From assembly GCA_027484575.1 (NCBI GenBank), contig JAIXSQ010000018.1, positions 98,700 through 162,699 of the forward strand: a DNA stretch of 64,000 nucleotides. Direction: 5' to 3'. The translations under genes and the position numbers were made by a program. Every line of letters begins with the position of its first letter. Positions within the stretch are counted from its first letter, which is position 1. The notes beneath the pieces were generated by a model, which searched no databases, was not told the origin of the DNA, and saw nothing but the letters and a program-made list of their open reading frames with translations. Source of the DNA: Comamonadaceae bacterium (lineage in GTDB: Bacteria; Pseudomonadota; Gammaproteobacteria; Burkholderiales; Burkholderiaceae_C). Positions 1 through 11,052 of this stretch are shown here, one piece after another.

Positions 1-412
1 GGAAGTACCAGCCGCCCCAGTGGAACTGCAGGAAGTCGACCACGTAGCCGTGCAGCAGCCGGTCGACCAGGTTGCCGATCGCGCCGCCCAGGATGCAGGC
101 CAGCGAGAAGGCGAACAGCCGCTGGGCATGGTGGCTGCGCAGCATCCACAGGATGAAGGCCACCGCCGCGATGGCGATGCCGGTGAACAGCCAGCGCTGC
201 CAGCCCGAGGCGCCGGCCAGGAACGAGAAGGCCGCGCCGGGGTTGTGCGCCCGCACGACGTTGAAGAACGGCGCCACGTAGGTGCTGTCGCCCAGCCGGT
301 ACCAGCCCAGGATGAGCACCTTGGTGAACTGGTCCGCCAGGATGATCAGGAAGGCCAGCCCCAGCCAGGGCAGCATGCCCACCAGCGCGCCGCCGGACTT
401 GCCGCGCGCCAT
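1..412 (-). CDS. lspA: lipoprotein signal peptidase II (partial; 3' end lies beyond the left window edge)
   Basis: Not in the ORF track because it runs off the window. My translation from the ATG at complement 410-412 gives [38 protein letters not shown]...[29 protein letters not shown], typical of signal peptidase II. The start overlaps the ileS stop (ATGA), and ileS-lspA synteny is widespread. Confidence 0.85.
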   Translation of the reverse strand, partial: MARGKSGGALVGMLPWLGLAFLIILADQFTKVLILGWYRLGDSTYVAPFFNVVRAHNPGAAFSFLAGASGWQRWLFTGIAIAAVAFILWMLRSHHAQRLFAFSLACILGGAIGNLVDRLLHGYVVDFLQFHWGGWYF

Positions 413-3270
413 CAGGCCACCTGCCGCGGTTCGCCCGCGCCGTACAGGTTGCTCGTGCAGCGGCCGCAGATCTGCGGGTGGGCGGGGTCGTGGCCGACGT
501 CGGCACGCCAGTGCCAGCAGCGCTCGCACTTGGCATCCGGCGAGGGCGTCACGACGACCTCGACCGCGTCGCCGTCGGTGCGCTCCAGCGTGGCGGCCGA
601 GACGATGAAGACGAACTTCAGGTCCTCGCCCAGCGATGCCAGCGCCGCATGGACGGCCCCGCCGCAGCGCAGGGTGACCTGGGCCTGCAGCGACGAGCCC
701 ACCTGGCCCTCGGTGCGGCGGGCCTCGATGGCCTTGTTGACCTGGTCGCGCACGTCCTGCACGGTGCGCCACTTGGCCAGCAGGCCCGCGTCGGGCGCGC
801 CCAGCTCGGCGTACTCCTCGAAGAAGATCGAGGGCGAGCTGCCCACCACCTTCCAGGCCTCCTCGGCGGTGAACGACAGGAAGGGCGCCATCCAGCGCAG
901 CATGGCGTGGGTGATCGCATGCAGCGCGGTCTGGGCGCTGCGGCGCGCCAGCGAACCGGGCGCGGTGGTGTACAGCCGGTCCTTGAGCACGTCGAGGTAG
1001 AACGCGCCCAGGTCCTCGGAGCAGAACACCTGCAGCTTGGCCACCACCGGGTGGAACTCGTAGACCTCGTAGTGGGCCAGCACCTCCTGCTGGAACTGCG
1101 CCGCGCGCGCCAGCGCCCAGCGGTCGATCTCCAGCATCCGGTCCAGCGGCACCGCATCCTTGGCGAGGTCGAAGTCGCTGATGTTGGCCAGCAGGAAGCG
1201 CAGCGTGTTGCGGATGCGGCGGTAGGCGTCGACCACGCGGGCCAGGATCTTGTCGTCGCCGGCGATGTCGCCCGAGTAGTCGGAGGCGGCCACCCACAGG
1301 CGGATGATCTCGGCGCCCAGCTTCTCGCTGGTCTTCTGCGGGTCCACCCCGTTGCCCAGCGACTTGCTCATCTTGCGGCCCTGGCTGTCCACGGTGAAGC
1401 CGTGGGTGAGCAGGCCGCGGTAGGGCGCGCGGCCGTACATCGCGCAGGCGGTCAGCAGCGAGGAGTGGAACCAGCCGCGGTGCTGGTCGTGGCCTTCCAG
1501 GTACAGGTCGGCCTCGGGTCCGCCCTCGTCGTGGCCGCTGCCGGCGTGCGAGCCCTTGAGCACCGTGGTGTGGGTCGTGCCCGAGTCGAACCAGACCTCG
1601 AGGATGTCGGTGCTCTTGCCGTAGTTCGGTGCGTCCTGCGCGCAACCCACGCGGGCCAGGATCTCCTCGGTGGAGGCCTTGCTCCAGGCCTCGATGCCGC
1701 CGGCCTGGACCATGTCGGCCGCGATGTCCAGGATCTCGGGCGTCTTCGGGTGCAGCTCGCCCGAGTCCTTGTGCAGGAAGAAGGGCAGGGGCACGCCCCA
1801 GCTGCGCTGGCGCGAGATGCACCAGTCGGGGCGGCCGGCGATCATGTCGCGCAGGCGGGCCTTGCCGTTCTCGGGATAGAAGCCGGTCTGCTCGATCGCG
1901 GCCAGCGCCATCTCGCGCAGCGTGGCGGGCGCCTTGTCCTTGGTGAACACGCCCTCGCCGGCGTCCATGCGGATGAACCACTGCGCCGCGGCGCGGTAGA
2001 TCACCGGCGACTTGTGGCGCCAGCAGTGCGGGTAGCTGTGGGTGATGGTCTCGGTGGCCATCAGCCGGCCGGCGCCGCGCAGCGTGTCGATGATGACCGG
2101 GGCGGCCTTCCAGATGTTCTGGCCGCCGAACAGGGCGAAGCCCGGCTCGTAGCTGCCGTTGCCCTGCACCGGGTTGAGGATCTCGTCGTAGGCCAGCCCG
2201 TGGGCCACGCAGCTGTTGAAGTCGTCCAGGCCGTAGGCGGGCGAGGAGTGGACGATGCCGGTGCCGTCCTCGGCGGTCGCGTAGTCGGCCAGGTAGACCG
2301 GCGACAGGCGCGCGTAGGCGGGGTCGACGTCGGACAGCGGGTGGCGGAAGTTCAGCCCGTCCAGCGCCTGGCCGGGCACGCTGGCCACGACGCTGCCGGC
2401 CAGCTCGTAGCGCGCCAGGGCCTTCTCCACCAGCTGCTCGGCCAGCACCAGGTAGCCGCGCGGCGTGTCCACCAGCGCGTAGGTGATCCCGGGGTTGAGG
2501 TTCAGCGCCTGGTTGGCCGGGATGGTCCAGGCGGTGGTGGTCCAGATGACGACGAAGGCGTCCTGGTCCTTGGGCAGCGCGTCCAGGCCGAAGGCACGGG
2601 CCAGGGCCGTGCGGTCGTCGGCCTGGAAGGCCACGTCCAGGGTCTGGCTCTTCTTGTCGGCGTACTCGATCTCGAATTCGGCGAGCGAGGAGCCGCAGTC
2701 GAAGCACCAGTACACGGGCTTGAGGCCGCGGTAGACGAAGCCGCGCTCCATCACGCGCTTGAACGCACGGATCTCGTCGGCCTCGTTGCTGAAATCCATG
2801 GTGCGGTAGGGATGCTCCCAGTCGCCCAGCACGCCCAGCCGCTTGAAGTCGGCCATCTGCAGCCCGATCTGCTCGGTGGCGAAGGCGCGGCTCCTGGCCT
2901 GCATCTCCTCGCGCGGCAGGTTGCGCCCATGCTTCTTCTCGATCGCGTTCTCGATCGGCAGGCCGTGGCAGTCCCAGCCCGGCACGTAGACCGCATCCAG
3001 CCCCTTGAGCTGGCGCGACTTGACGATCATGTCCTTGAGGATCTTGTTGACCGCATGCCCCATGTGGATCTGGCCGTTCGCGTACGGCGGGCCGTCGTGC
3101 AGCACGAACTTCTGGCGGCCGCGGCGGGCGTCGCGCAGGCGCTTGTACAGGCCCTGCTCCTCCCACTCCTTGACCCAGCCCGGCTCGCGCTTGGGCAGGT
3201 CGCCCCGCATCGGGAACGGCGTGTCGGGCAGGTTCAGCGTGGCGCGGTAGTCGGTGCTCTGGTCGGACAT
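412..3270 (-). CDS. ileS: isoleucine--tRNA ligase
   Basis: ORF 412..3417(-), with the start moved to the ATG at 3270 ([25 protein letters not shown]). It has the class I aaRS HIGH-type motif ([14 protein letters not shown]), KMSKS ([10 protein letters not shown]) and C-terminal Zn-binding cysteines (CERCWHW...CGRC). Confidence 0.97.
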   Translation of the reverse strand: MSDQSTDYRATLNLPDTPFPMRGDLPKREPGWVKEWEEQGLYKRLRDARRGRQKFVLHDGPPYANGQIHMGHAVNKILKDMIVKSRQLKGLDAVYVPGWDCHGLPIENAIEKKHGRNLPREEMQARSRAFATEQIGLQMADFKRLGVLGDWEHPYRTMDFSNEADEIRAFKRVMERGFVYRGLKPVYWCFDCGSSLAEFEIEYADKKSQTLDVAFQADDRTALARAFGLDALPKDQDAFVVIWTTTAWTIPANQALNLNPGITYALVDTPRGYLVLAEQLVEKALARYELAGSVVASVPGQALDGLNFRHPLSDVDPAYARLSPVYLADYATAEDGTGIVHSSPAYGLDDFNSCVAHGLAYDEILNPVQGNGSYEPGFALFGGQNIWKAAPVIIDTLRGAGRLMATETITHSYPHCWRHKSPVIYRAAAQWFIRMDAGEGVFTKDKAPATLREMALAAIEQTGFYPENGKARLRDMIAGRPDWCISRQRSWGVPLPFFLHKDSGELHPKTPEILDIAADMVQAGGIEAWSKASTEEILARVGCAQDAPNYGKSTDILEVWFDSGTTHTTVLKGSHAGSGHDEGGPEADLYLEGHDQHRGWFHSSLLTACAMYGRAPYRGLLTHGFTVDSQGRKMSKSLGNGVDPQKTSEKLGAEIIRLWVAASDYSGDIAGDDKILARVVDAYRRIRNTLRFLLANISDFDLAKDAVPLDRMLEIDRWALARAAQFQQEVLAHYEVYEFHPVVAKLQVFCSEDLGAFYLDVLKDRLYTTAPGSLARRSAQTALHAITHAMLRWMAPFLSFTAEEAWKVVGSSPSIFFEEYAELGAPDAGLLAKWRTVQDVRDQVNKAIEARRTEGQVGSSLQAQVTLRCGGAVHAALASLGEDLKFVFIVSAATLERTDGDAVEVVVTPSPDAKCERCWHWRADVGHDPAHPQICGRCTSNLYGAGEPRQVA

Positions 3271-3352
3271 GGGTCGGCCTCGGGACGGGGCAGGCGGGCT
3301 CGGGACAGGGAACCGGCGCCGCACGCGGGGGCGGTGCCGGGATGGGCGGCGG

Positions 3353-4360
3353 TCAGCGGCCCTGAATTCGGTCGCGCGTGGTCTGGCGGCGGGTGGACGC
3401 GAAGTACGCGCGGGCATCGTCGCAGTCGCGGGCGATCCCGGCCTGCAGTGCCGGCAGGCCGTCGTACGTCAGTTCATCGTGCAGCTTGTGCAGCAGGTCC
3501 ACCCGGATGATTCTGCCATAGGCCCCCTCGGGGCCCAGCCGTGGCGGCCACTGCAGGCAGTGCGTCTCCAGCAGCACGCGGCCGCCGTTGACGTCGTCGG
3601 GATCCAGCGACGGCCGCACGCCCAGGTTGGCCACGCCCGGCAGCGGGTCGTCGCCCAGGCCATGGACCTCGACCACGAAGATGCCGCTGGCCGCCGGCTT
3701 CCAGTGGGAGAAGCGCAGGTTCAGGGTGCGGAAGCCCAGGTCGCGGCCGAGCTTGCGGCCATGCACCACGTGGCCGCTGACGCTGTAGGGCCGGCCCAGC
3801 AGCGCGGCGGTGGCCTCCATGTCGCCGCGGGCCAGCGCCTCGCGCACGGCCGACGAGGACACCCGCAGGCCGCGCACCTCGTAGCTGTTCATGCGGGCGA
3901 CGTCGAAGCCGCGGGCCTGGCCGGCCGCATCGAGCATCGCGTAGTCGCCGGCCCGCCTGGCGCCGAAGCGGAAGTCGTCGCCCACCAGCACGTAGCGGGC
4001 GCCCAGGCCGCGCACCAGCACCTCGTCGATGAAGGCCTCGGGAACCTGGCTGGACAAACGCGCATCGAACGGGAGCACCACGCACTGGTCGACCCCGCAG
4101 GCGGCCAGCTCGCCCAGCTTGTCGCGCAGGGTGGCGATGCGGGCGGGGGCCAGTTCGGGCTTGCGGGCCAGCCGCGCGAAATGGTCGCGCGGGTGCGGCT
4201 CGAAGGTCAGCACGCAGCTGGGCACGCCGCGGTGGCGGGCCTCGTTGTTCAGCAGCGCGAGCATGGCCTGGTGGCCGCGGTGCACCCCGTCGAAGTTGCC
4301 GATGGTGAGCGCGCAGGCCTTCGCGATGCCCGGGTGGTGGAAGCCACGGAAGATCTGCAT
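3353..4360 (-). CDS. ribF: bifunctional riboflavin kinase / FMN adenylyltransferase
   Basis: ORF 3353..4432(-), with the start moved to the ATG at 4360 ([12 protein letters not shown]). It has the FAD-synthetase motif [13 protein letters not shown] and a C-terminal riboflavin-kinase-like half. It sits upstream of ileS as in many proteobacteria. Confidence 0.93.
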   Translation of the reverse strand: MQIFRGFHHPGIAKACALTIGNFDGVHRGHQAMLALLNNEARHRGVPSCVLTFEPHPRDHFARLARKPELAPARIATLRDKLGELAACGVDQCVVLPFDARLSSQVPEAFIDEVLVRGLGARYVLVGDDFRFGARRAGDYAMLDAAGQARGFDVARMNSYEVRGLRVSSSAVREALARGDMEATAALLGRPYSVSGHVVHGRKLGRDLGFRTLNLRFSHWKPAASGIFVVEVHGLGDDPLPGVANLGVRPSLDPDDVNGGRVLLETHCLQWPPRLGPEGAYGRIIRVDLLHKLHDELTYDGLPALQAGIARDCDDARAYFASTRRQTTRDRIQGR

Positions 4361-4491
4361 GGGCGGGGAGGTCGGTATCGTTTTGATAGCACGCGCGCCA
4401 CGCGCGTGGCGGCTGCGACGGCGGGCCGTCATGCAATGGCGGTATATTGTGCCCGCTGTCCGGTTCGCCGTCGGTTTGACTTGAAGGAGCG

Positions 4492-5055
4492 TTGTTCTTG
4501 AAGGTCCTGAAGTTGTCGGCCCAGGGGTTGCCCCAGTCCTGGATCTCGCTCGAGCAGGCGGTGCTGCACTACGCCGCCGGGCAGGTGCGCTGGGAGGCGG
4601 GTGCGCAGGTGGCGCTGTTCCGCGGCGGCCACAACGCCGTGACCGGCGAGCAGTCGGTGATCGGCGTCAGCAGCATCATCGGCACCCGGGGCGTGCCCAG
4701 CATCAACCCCTTTGAGCTCAAGCCCGGGCTCACCAACGGCAAGCTGTTCGCGCGCGACCGCAACGTCTGCGCCTACTGCGGCGACCATTTCCCCGAGACC
4801 GAGCTGACCCGCGAGCACATCGTCCCGTTCGCGCAGAACGGCCGCGACCACTGGATGAACGTCGTGACCGCCTGCCGCGCATGCAACCACCGCAAGGGCA
4901 GCCGCACGCCCGAGCAGGCGCACATGCCCCTGCTGTACGCGCCCTACGTGCCCAGCCTCTGGGAGGACTTCATCCTGCGCAACCGGCGCATCCTGGCCGA
5001 CCAGATGGAGTTCCTGATGGCCCACCTGCCCAAGAGCTCGCGCCTGCATTGCTAG
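4492..5055 (+). CDS. HNH endonuclease family protein
   Basis: ORF 4492..5055(+), 187 aa. HNH signature: CAYCGDHF...EHIVPFAQNGRDHWMNVVTACRACNHRKG. GAAGGAG lies just upstream. The exact start is ambiguous (TTG at 4492 or 4498). Confidence 0.8.
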   Translation: MFLKVLKLSAQGLPQSWISLEQAVLHYAAGQVRWEAGAQVALFRGGHNAVTGEQSVIGVSSIIGTRGVPSINPFELKPGLTNGKLFARDRNVCAYCGDHFPETELTREHIVPFAQNGRDHWMNVVTACRACNHRKGSRTPEQAHMPLLYAPYVPSLWEDFILRNRRILADQMEFLMAHLPKSSRLHC

Positions 5056-5942
5056 CGCGGCGCGGGCGGCGCGCGACTGACCTGCAGCCCGCCCTGCGCC
5101 GCGTCCAGCGCGAACAGCGCCCCCAGCACCCGCGCCGCCAACGCCTGTTCCGGCGTGCCGGCCGGCTGTCGCGCCAGCAAGGCACCGGCCCAGCCGTGCA
5201 GGTCCTCCACGGGGCCGGCGAACAGCAGGTGGCGCAGCACGCTGGCCAGCGCCTGCACGTCCTGCTGGGCCGGGGCGCCGATGGTGCTGTCGGCATGGCT
5301 GCCCGCCTCGACCGTGGCGAGGAAGGGCAGCAGCACGACCGCGTCGAGACGGCCGTCCTCGATCGCCTGGCGCACGGCCTGGTCGTTCGGCAGCACGGGC
5401 CCCGCCGCGAGGTTCGCCCGGTGCACGGCGGCCAGCCGCTGGCGGCCGCGCGGCGAGACGAGGTAGGCCGACAGGCCCCAGCGGAACACGCCGGCGGCCG
5501 CGACGAAGTCCAGGCCGGCCGCGCGGCGGTCGGGGCCCAGGTGGCGCTGCAGGCAGCCCCACAGCTGCGCCATGGTGTGCAGGCTGCAGTCGGGCTGGCA
5601 GTCCAGCAGCGCCAAGTCGCGCCCGGCCAGTGCGTCGAGCAGGGCCGGCTGCAGGAAGTCGGCCAATTGCGGCGCGGGGACGGCGTCGTCCTCGAGGACC
5701 AGCAGCCAGTGGTCGGGCGGCGCGGCGGTCTCGATCGCGGCCAGGTGCGAGGCCAGGCAGCCCAGCTGCGCCGGCGCCAGCAGGCAGCCCGGCGGCATGT
5801 CCAGCGGCCGGCCATCGACGGCCGCGTGGCGCCGCACCCAGCCGAGCCCGGCGGCCGCGAGGCGGCCTTCCATCGCCGCGCGGCGCGCGGCGCTGTGGCC
5901 GAGGTTAAGGAAGACGCCCTGCAGGCCCGCCGGCGCGGCCAT
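5052..5942 (-). CDS. glycosyltransferase family 25-like protein
   Basis: These are the last 296 codons of ORF 5052..7187(-), starting at the ATG at 5942 (MAAPAGLQGVFLNLGHSAARRAAMEGRLAAAGL...). The N-terminus resembles GT25 LPS/LOS glycosyltransferases. The upstream part of the long ORF is an out-of-frame overlap with the neighbouring lipase gene. Confidence 0.65.
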   Translation of the reverse strand: MAAPAGLQGVFLNLGHSAARRAAMEGRLAAAGLGWVRRHAAVDGRPLDMPPGCLLAPAQLGCLASHLAAIETAAPPDHWLLVLEDDAVPAPQLADFLQPALLDALAGRDLALLDCQPDCSLHTMAQLWGCLQRHLGPDRRAAGLDFVAAAGVFRWGLSAYLVSPRGRQRLAAVHRANLAAGPVLPNDQAVRQAIEDGRLDAVVLLPFLATVEAGSHADSTIGAPAQQDVQALASVLRHLLFAGPVEDLHGWAGALLARQPAGTPEQALAARVLGALFALDAAQGGLQVSRAPPAPR

Positions 5943-5944
5943 GC

Positions 5945-7315
5945 TCAGTGGTGCAGCTCGAGGACGGTGACGCGCTGTTCGGCCAGCGGCCAGAGCCGGC
6001 CGACCACGCGCTCGCCGTTGAACTCGGCCACGAGCGGACGCGGCGCCCCGGCCGGCCGGATGCGCGAGCTGGAGACACCCGCGCCGGGCAGGGCGCCGGG
6101 CGGCGGGCTCTGGCCATCGAAGGACATCGTGTCGCGGCCCGGGTCGAAGTAGCCGCGGGGCCGCGTCAGCACCGCCACGGCCGGCGCGCTGCGCTCGGCC
6201 TCGGCGATGCGTTCGGGCCGCAGGTGCACGACGGTGCTGCTGCGCGGGAAGGGGCTGCGGTAGACATGGGTGGTGGCGTAGCCGGGCGCCGCCAGCACGA
6301 ACTCGAGCCGTGCCTGCGGCGTGGTGGCCAGCGGGCCCCAGCGGCCGTCGGCGCCCACCACTTGGCGCAGCAGCGGCGCGCCCTGGCGCTCGCCGGTGGC
6401 GGCGTCGACGGCGTACACCTCCAGCGTGGCCCCGGGCAGCGGCAGGTTGTTGGCGAAGTTGCCGCTGGCCGGGTCGGTGGACGACAGCCCCAGGCCGGTC
6501 ACCAGGCCGGACAGCTGCACCTGGGCCTGCGGCGTGATCGCGGTGGTGGCCGGCGCGCGGCCGGTCACGAAGCGGTACGTGGCCTCGAAGGCCTGGGGCG
6601 AGAACGAGGTCTCGCGGTGGTCGATGCGCGGCACGACGACGTTGGTCGCGCCCCGCAGTTCGGGGCCCGCTGCGGTGACGTTCGTCGGCTGGCCGCGGCG
6701 GCCGATCCACTGGCCGTCGGGCTGCGCGAACTTGTCGTTGTCCAGCGAGCGGATGGTCATCCAGCGCACCGGACCCGTCACCTCGTCGCCCGTGGCGTTC
6801 TTGGGCGCGTTGAGGCCGCGCAGGAAGGGCCCGGCGCCGTTGAACTCGTTGTTGGGCAGGTGGTCGCCCAGGGCCCAGACGCCGTGGTTGGGCGTGCCCC
6901 CCAGCACGGCGTGGCTCACGCGCGCGGCGCCACCGCCGTTCTGCACGTAGTTGCGGATCGCGTTGCCGCCGCGCGAGTTGCCCACCAGCACCACCTGCCG
7001 CGCGCCGGTGGCGGCCAGCACCTTGTCGACCTCGGCGGCCAGGAACGCCATGTGCTCGGCGGTCGAGGTGCGGCCCGGCTGGGCGCGGGTGTCGTCGTCG
7101 CGGGCCAGGGGGTAGGGCAGCTGGATCGCATGCAGGCGGTCGGCCGGCCAGCCGTTGGAGGCGAAGCGCCATTGCGTGGTGAGCCACACGGCGGCGTTGT
7201 CGCCATTGCCGTGCACGAACACCACCGGCGGCGGGGGCTCGGCCGGGGGCAGGGCGCCGCAGCCGGCGAGCAGCAGGGCCGACAGGCCGGCGAGCAGGTG
7301 GCGTCGCAGCAGCAT
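5945..7315 (-). CDS. lipoprotein, alpha/beta-hydrolase (class 2 lipase-like) with a C-terminal extension
   Basis: ORF 5945..7315(-), 456 aa. It has a lipobox (LLLAGC), VVFVHGNGDNAAVW and the nucleophile elbow VLVGNSRGG. The stop lies 2 nt before the GT25-like start, so an operon is likely. Confidence 0.75.
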   Translation of the reverse strand: MLLRRHLLAGLSALLLAGCGALPPAEPPPPVVFVHGNGDNAAVWLTTQWRFASNGWPADRLHAIQLPYPLARDDDTRAQPGRTSTAEHMAFLAAEVDKVLAATGARQVVLVGNSRGGNAIRNYVQNGGGAARVSHAVLGGTPNHGVWALGDHLPNNEFNGAGPFLRGLNAPKNATGDEVTGPVRWMTIRSLDNDKFAQPDGQWIGRRGQPTNVTAAGPELRGATNVVVPRIDHRETSFSPQAFEATYRFVTGRAPATTAITPQAQVQLSGLVTGLGLSSTDPASGNFANNLPLPGATLEVYAVDAATGERQGAPLLRQVVGADGRWGPLATTPQARLEFVLAAPGYATTHVYRSPFPRSSTVVHLRPERIAEAERSAPAVAVLTRPRGYFDPGRDTMSFDGQSPPPGALPGAGVSSSRIRPAGAPRPLVAEFNGERVVGRLWPLAEQRVTVLELHH

Positions 7316-7403
7316 GCGCAGGTCTCCTTGAAGGGTGGGTGCGGAATGCGAACGGCCCGCGGGAGCGCCGCGGGCCGTGGGTGGGATCAGCGCCGGGCGC
7401 CTG

Positions 7404-8519
7404 TCATGCGAACACGCCCGCGGTGTCCTGCATGCGCGCGGACACCTCGCCCAGGTGGTGCAGGGTGTCGCCGTAGGTCAGTTCCAGCTGCGTGAGCTTC
7501 TTGAAGTAGTGGCTGGCGATGTATTCCTCGGTGACCGCGATGCCGCCGTGCAGCTGCACCGCGTTCTGGCCCACGAAGCGCATCGACTGCCCCAGCTGGT
7601 ACTTGGCGCGCGCGAGCGCGCGGCGGCGCTCGTCGGCCGGCGCGGTCAGCTTGAGGCTGCCGTAGTAGCTCATCGAGCGCGCCAGTTCCTGCTGCATCTT
7701 CATGTCGGCCATGCGGTGGCGCAGGGCCTGGAAGGTCGCGATGGGCACGCCGAACTGCTTGCGCGTGTTCATGTACTCGGCGGTGAGCTTCATCGTCGCG
7801 TCGATCACGCCCACGCCCTCGGCGCAGGTGGCCGCGATGCCGATGTCCACGGCCTGTTCCAGCGCGGCCAGGCCGTCGCGGCTGACCAGCACGGCCGGCG
7901 TGTCCTGCAGCACCACCTCGGCGGCGCGGCTGCCGTCCATGCAGGTGTAGCCGCTGGCCTTCACGCCCTGGGCGGTGCGCTCCACCAGCAGCAGCACCAT
8001 GCTGCCGCCGGCCATGGCGGGCACCAGGAAGGCGTCGGCCTGGTCACCGGCGGGCACCACGCTCTTGGTGCCGCTGACGGTCCAGGCGCCGCCCTGCTCG
8101 CGGGCCTGGGTGGCGCACTTGTCCAGCTTCCAGCGAGCGCCGCGCTCGACATGGGCCAGCACCACCAGCGCCTCGCCGGAGGCGACCCTGGGCAGCCAGG
8201 CCGACTGCACCTCGGCCGGGGCACGGGTGCCCAGCACCGCGCCGGCGATCAGCGCCTGCGCCAGCGGCTCCAGCACGATGCCGCGGCCCAGTTCCTCCAT
8301 CACCACCATCGCCTCGACGGGGCCCATGCCCATGCCGCCGTGGTCCTCGGGGACCGCCAGGCCGGTCAGGCCCAGTTCGGCCAGCTCGTTCCAGGTGGCG
8401 CGGTCGAAGCCGCCGGCGCGCACCGCGCCGCGGCGCCGCTCGAAGCCGTAGCTGCGGTCGACCCACTTGCGCACCGCGTCGCGCAGTGCTTCCTGGTCGT
8501 CGGAAAAATCGAAGTCCAT
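7404..8519 (-). CDS. acyl-CoA dehydrogenase family protein
   Basis: ORF 7404..8519(-), 371 aa. It has an ACAD-like N-terminus (MDFDFSDDQEALRDAVRKWV) and C-terminal helices (GGIAVTEEY...). It is paired with the upstream ACAD. Confidence 0.9.
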   Translation of the reverse strand: MDFDFSDDQEALRDAVRKWVDRSYGFERRRGAVRAGGFDRATWNELAELGLTGLAVPEDHGGMGMGPVEAMVVMEELGRGIVLEPLAQALIAGAVLGTRAPAEVQSAWLPRVASGEALVVLAHVERGARWKLDKCATQAREQGGAWTVSGTKSVVPAGDQADAFLVPAMAGGSMVLLLVERTAQGVKASGYTCMDGSRAAEVVLQDTPAVLVSRDGLAALEQAVDIGIAATCAEGVGVIDATMKLTAEYMNTRKQFGVPIATFQALRHRMADMKMQQELARSMSYYGSLKLTAPADERRRALARAKYQLGQSMRFVGQNAVQLHGGIAVTEEYIASHYFKKLTQLELTYGDTLHHLGEVSARMQDTAGVFA

Positions 8520-8529
8520 GCTTGTCTCC

Positions 8530-9711
8530 TCAGCCGAGCACCGTCTGGGCGACGATGTTGCGCTGCACCTCGTTGGAGCCGCCGTAGATCGTGGTCTTGC
8601 GCAGGTTGAAATACGTGGCGGCCAGCGGGGCCAGGCCCAGCGCGCCGCCGGGGAAGTCGCCCTGCCAGCCGGCTTCCATGGCCTCGAGGATGAAGGGCAC
8701 GCTGAACGGGCCGCCGGCCAGCATCATCAGCTCGCTGTAGCGCTGCTGGATCTCGCTGCCGCGGATCTTGAGCAGGCCCGCGATGTCCAGCGAGTTCTTG
8801 CCCGACTTCTCGGCCGACAGCACGCGCAGCACCAGCATCTCGAGCGCGACCACGTCGACCTCGAGTTGCGCGATCTGGTCACGGAAGCGGATGTCGTCCC
8901 ACACGCCCTCGGCCTTGGCGATGCGCTTGAGCCGCTCGAGCTCGCGCTTGGCGCGGTTGACGTCGGCGATGTTGGTGCGCTCGTGCGACAGCAGGTGCTT
9001 GGCGTAGGTCCAGCCCTTGTTCTCTTCGCCGATCAGGTTCTCGGCGGGCACCTCGACGTTGTCGAAGAACACCTCGTTCACCTCATGGCCGCCGTCGAGC
9101 ATGATGATCGGACGCACGGTGATGCCGGGCGTCTTCATGTCGATCAGCAGGAACGAGATGCCGGTCTGCGGCTTGCCCTCGGTGCTGGTGCGCACCAGGC
9201 AGAAGATCCACTCGCCGTACTGGCCCAGCGTGGTCCAGGTCTTCTGGCCGTTGACGATGTACTTGTCGCCCTGGCGCTCGGCGCGGGTCTTCAGCGACGC
9301 CAGGTCGGAGCCCGAGCCGGGCTCGCTGTAGCCCTGGCTCCACCACACCTCGCCGCTGGCGATGCCGGGCAGGAAGCGCTTCTGCTGCTCGGCGTTGCCG
9401 AAGGCCATGATCACCGGGGCCACCATCACCGGGCCGAAGGGCACGATGCGCGGCGCGCCGGCCAGCGCGCACTCTTCCTCGAACAGGTGCTTCTGCACCG
9501 CGTTCCAGCCCGGGCCGCCGAACTGCTGCGGCCAGCCGTAGCCCAGCCAGCCCTTCTTGCCCAGGATCTTGGCCCAGCGCTGCATGTCCTCGCGCGTGAG
9601 GTGCAGGCTGTTGTGGACCTTGTGGGCGATGTCCTGCGGCAGGTTCTCGCGCACCCAGGCGCGGATGTCTTCCCGGAACTTCTGTTCCTCGGGGGTGAAG
9701 GCCAAGTCCAT
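8530..9711 (-). CDS. acyl-CoA dehydrogenase family protein
   Basis: ORF 8530..9759(-), with the start moved to the ATG at 9711 (MDLAFTPEEQKFREDIRAWV). ACAD motifs are present: WWSQGYSEPGSGSD, IVNGQKTWTT, IYGGSNEVQRNI. Confidence 0.9.
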   Translation of the reverse strand: MDLAFTPEEQKFREDIRAWVRENLPQDIAHKVHNSLHLTREDMQRWAKILGKKGWLGYGWPQQFGGPGWNAVQKHLFEEECALAGAPRIVPFGPVMVAPVIMAFGNAEQQKRFLPGIASGEVWWSQGYSEPGSGSDLASLKTRAERQGDKYIVNGQKTWTTLGQYGEWIFCLVRTSTEGKPQTGISFLLIDMKTPGITVRPIIMLDGGHEVNEVFFDNVEVPAENLIGEENKGWTYAKHLLSHERTNIADVNRAKRELERLKRIAKAEGVWDDIRFRDQIAQLEVDVVALEMLVLRVLSAEKSGKNSLDIAGLLKIRGSEIQQRYSELMMLAGGPFSVPFILEAMEAGWQGDFPGGALGLAPLAATYFNLRKTTIYGGSNEVQRNIVAQTVLG

Positions 9712-9752
9712 GGCGTGTGTCTCCGGTGAGCGATGCGATGCAGCCGGCGTTT

Positions 9753-10466
9753 CTAGCATGCGGCCGGGGGCGCCGCATGTCCGTGCTGCGACAGCCCGAG
9801 CGCGGCCTGCAGGTTTGCCAGTTCGGCGCGCAGCCGGGCCACCTCGGCCTCGAGCGCCTCGACCCGCCCGGCGAGCGCCGGCTCGCCCCGTTCCGCAGAG
9901 CGGAACACGGCCGCGGGCTCGGGCGCCGTGGCCTCGACCGGCCCGGTGAGCAGCTGCGCCCAGCGCTGCTCACGCGCGCCGGCGGCCCGCGGCAGCCGGG
10001 CCACCAGCGGGCCGCCCTTGGCGTCGGCGCGCTCCTCCAGCTCGGCCAGGAAGGCCTCGACCGAGGAGATGTCCGCGAAGCGGTGCCAGCGTTCGGCATG
10101 GATGCGCAGCTCGCCAGCCGTCTGCGGCCCGCGCAGCAGCAGCAGGCCCAGCAGCGCGGCCGACTGGTCGGGCACGGCCAGCACGCGCGGCAGGTTGTGC
10201 TCCCAGCGCGCCACGCGGCCGCCGCTGGACTCGAAGGCCAGGCTGAGGTGGCGCAGGCCGTCCAGGGCCTCCTGCACCTCGGCTTCGGCCAGCTCCATGG
10301 CCGGCTCGCGGGCGCTCTTCTGGTTGCAGCCGGCCACCAGGCTGTTGAGGGTGAGCGGGTAGCTGTCGGGGACGGTGCGCTGTTTTTCCAGCAGGGTGCC
10401 CAGCACGCGGGCTTCGGCGGCGGACAGGGGGCGCGGGAGGGAATGGGACAATCGGAGGCTCTCCAT
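9753..10466 (-). CDS. YceH-like DUF480 family protein
   Basis: This is the C-terminal part of ORF 9753..10757(-). [42 protein letters not shown] aligns with my recollection of the E. coli YceH N-terminus. The start is uncertain: ATG at 10466, or TTG at 10451 preceded by GGAGAG. Confidence 0.8.
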   Translation of the reverse strand: MESLRLSHSLPRPLSAAEARVLGTLLEKQRTVPDSYPLTLNSLVAGCNQKSAREPAMELAEAEVQEALDGLRHLSLAFESSGGRVARWEHNLPRVLAVPDQSAALLGLLLLRGPQTAGELRIHAERWHRFADISSVEAFLAELEERADAKGGPLVARLPRAAGAREQRWAQLLTGPVEATAPEPAAVFRSAERGEPALAGRVEALEAEVARLRAELANLQAALGLSQHGHAAPPAAC

Positions 10467-11049
10467 GAAGAACATCGTGATTCTGATCTCGGGCAGCGGC
10501 TCCAACATGGCCGCCATCGCCCAGGCCGCCCGGCGCGACGACTGGGCCGGCCGCCACGGCGCCCGGGTGGCGGCCGTGCTGAGCAACCGCCCGCAGGCCG
10601 CGGGACTGGCCCTCGCCCGCGACCTGGACCTGCCCACGCAGGTGGTGGACCACCAGCAGCACGCCGACCGCGAGGCCTTCGACGCGGCGCTGGCCCGGGC
10701 CATCGACGCGCACCAGCCCTGGCTGGTGGTGCTGGCCGGCTTCATGCGCATCCTCACGCCCGGTTTCGTGCAGCGCTATGCGGGGCGGCTGGTCAACATC
10801 CATCCCTCGTTGCTGCCGGCCTTCCCGGGCCTGCACACCCACCGCCGCGCGATCGAGGCCGGCTGCCGCGTCCACGGCGCCACCGTGCACCAGGTGACCG
10901 CCGAGCTCGACCACGGCCCCATCCTGGACCAGGCCGTGGTGCCGGTGCTGCCCGGCGACACCGAGGCCAGCCTGGCCGACCGCGTGCTCACGCAGGAGCA
11001 CCTGCTGTACCCCCGTGCCATCGAGGCGCTGCTGCGCCGCAAGGACTGA
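10465..11049 (+). CDS. purN: phosphoribosylglycinamide formyltransferase
   Basis: ORF 10375..11049(+), with the start moved to the ATG at 10465 ([15 protein letters not shown]). Also present are [16 protein letters not shown] and HGATVH..T.ELDHGPI. Confidence 0.93.
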   Translation: MKNIVILISGSGSNMAAIAQAARRDDWAGRHGARVAAVLSNRPQAAGLALARDLDLPTQVVDHQQHADREAFDAALARAIDAHQPWLVVLAGFMRILTPGFVQRYAGRLVNIHPSLLPAFPGLHTHRRAIEAGCRVHGATVHQVTAELDHGPILDQAVVPVLPGDTEASLADRVLTQEHLLYPRAIEALLRRKD

Positions 11050-11052
11050 TTC

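Noticed and set aside
478-3510. 1010-aa plus-strand ORF opposite ileS, and similar long ORFs opposite most genes
   Set aside because: It lies antisense to an unambiguous ileS. The composition is typical of GC-rich shadow frames.
5052-7187. 711-aa minus-strand ORF as a single gene
   Set aside because: Only the last 296 codons (from ATG 5942) look like a real GT25-like protein. The upstream part is an alternative frame of the well-supported lipase-like lipoprotein gene (5945-7315).
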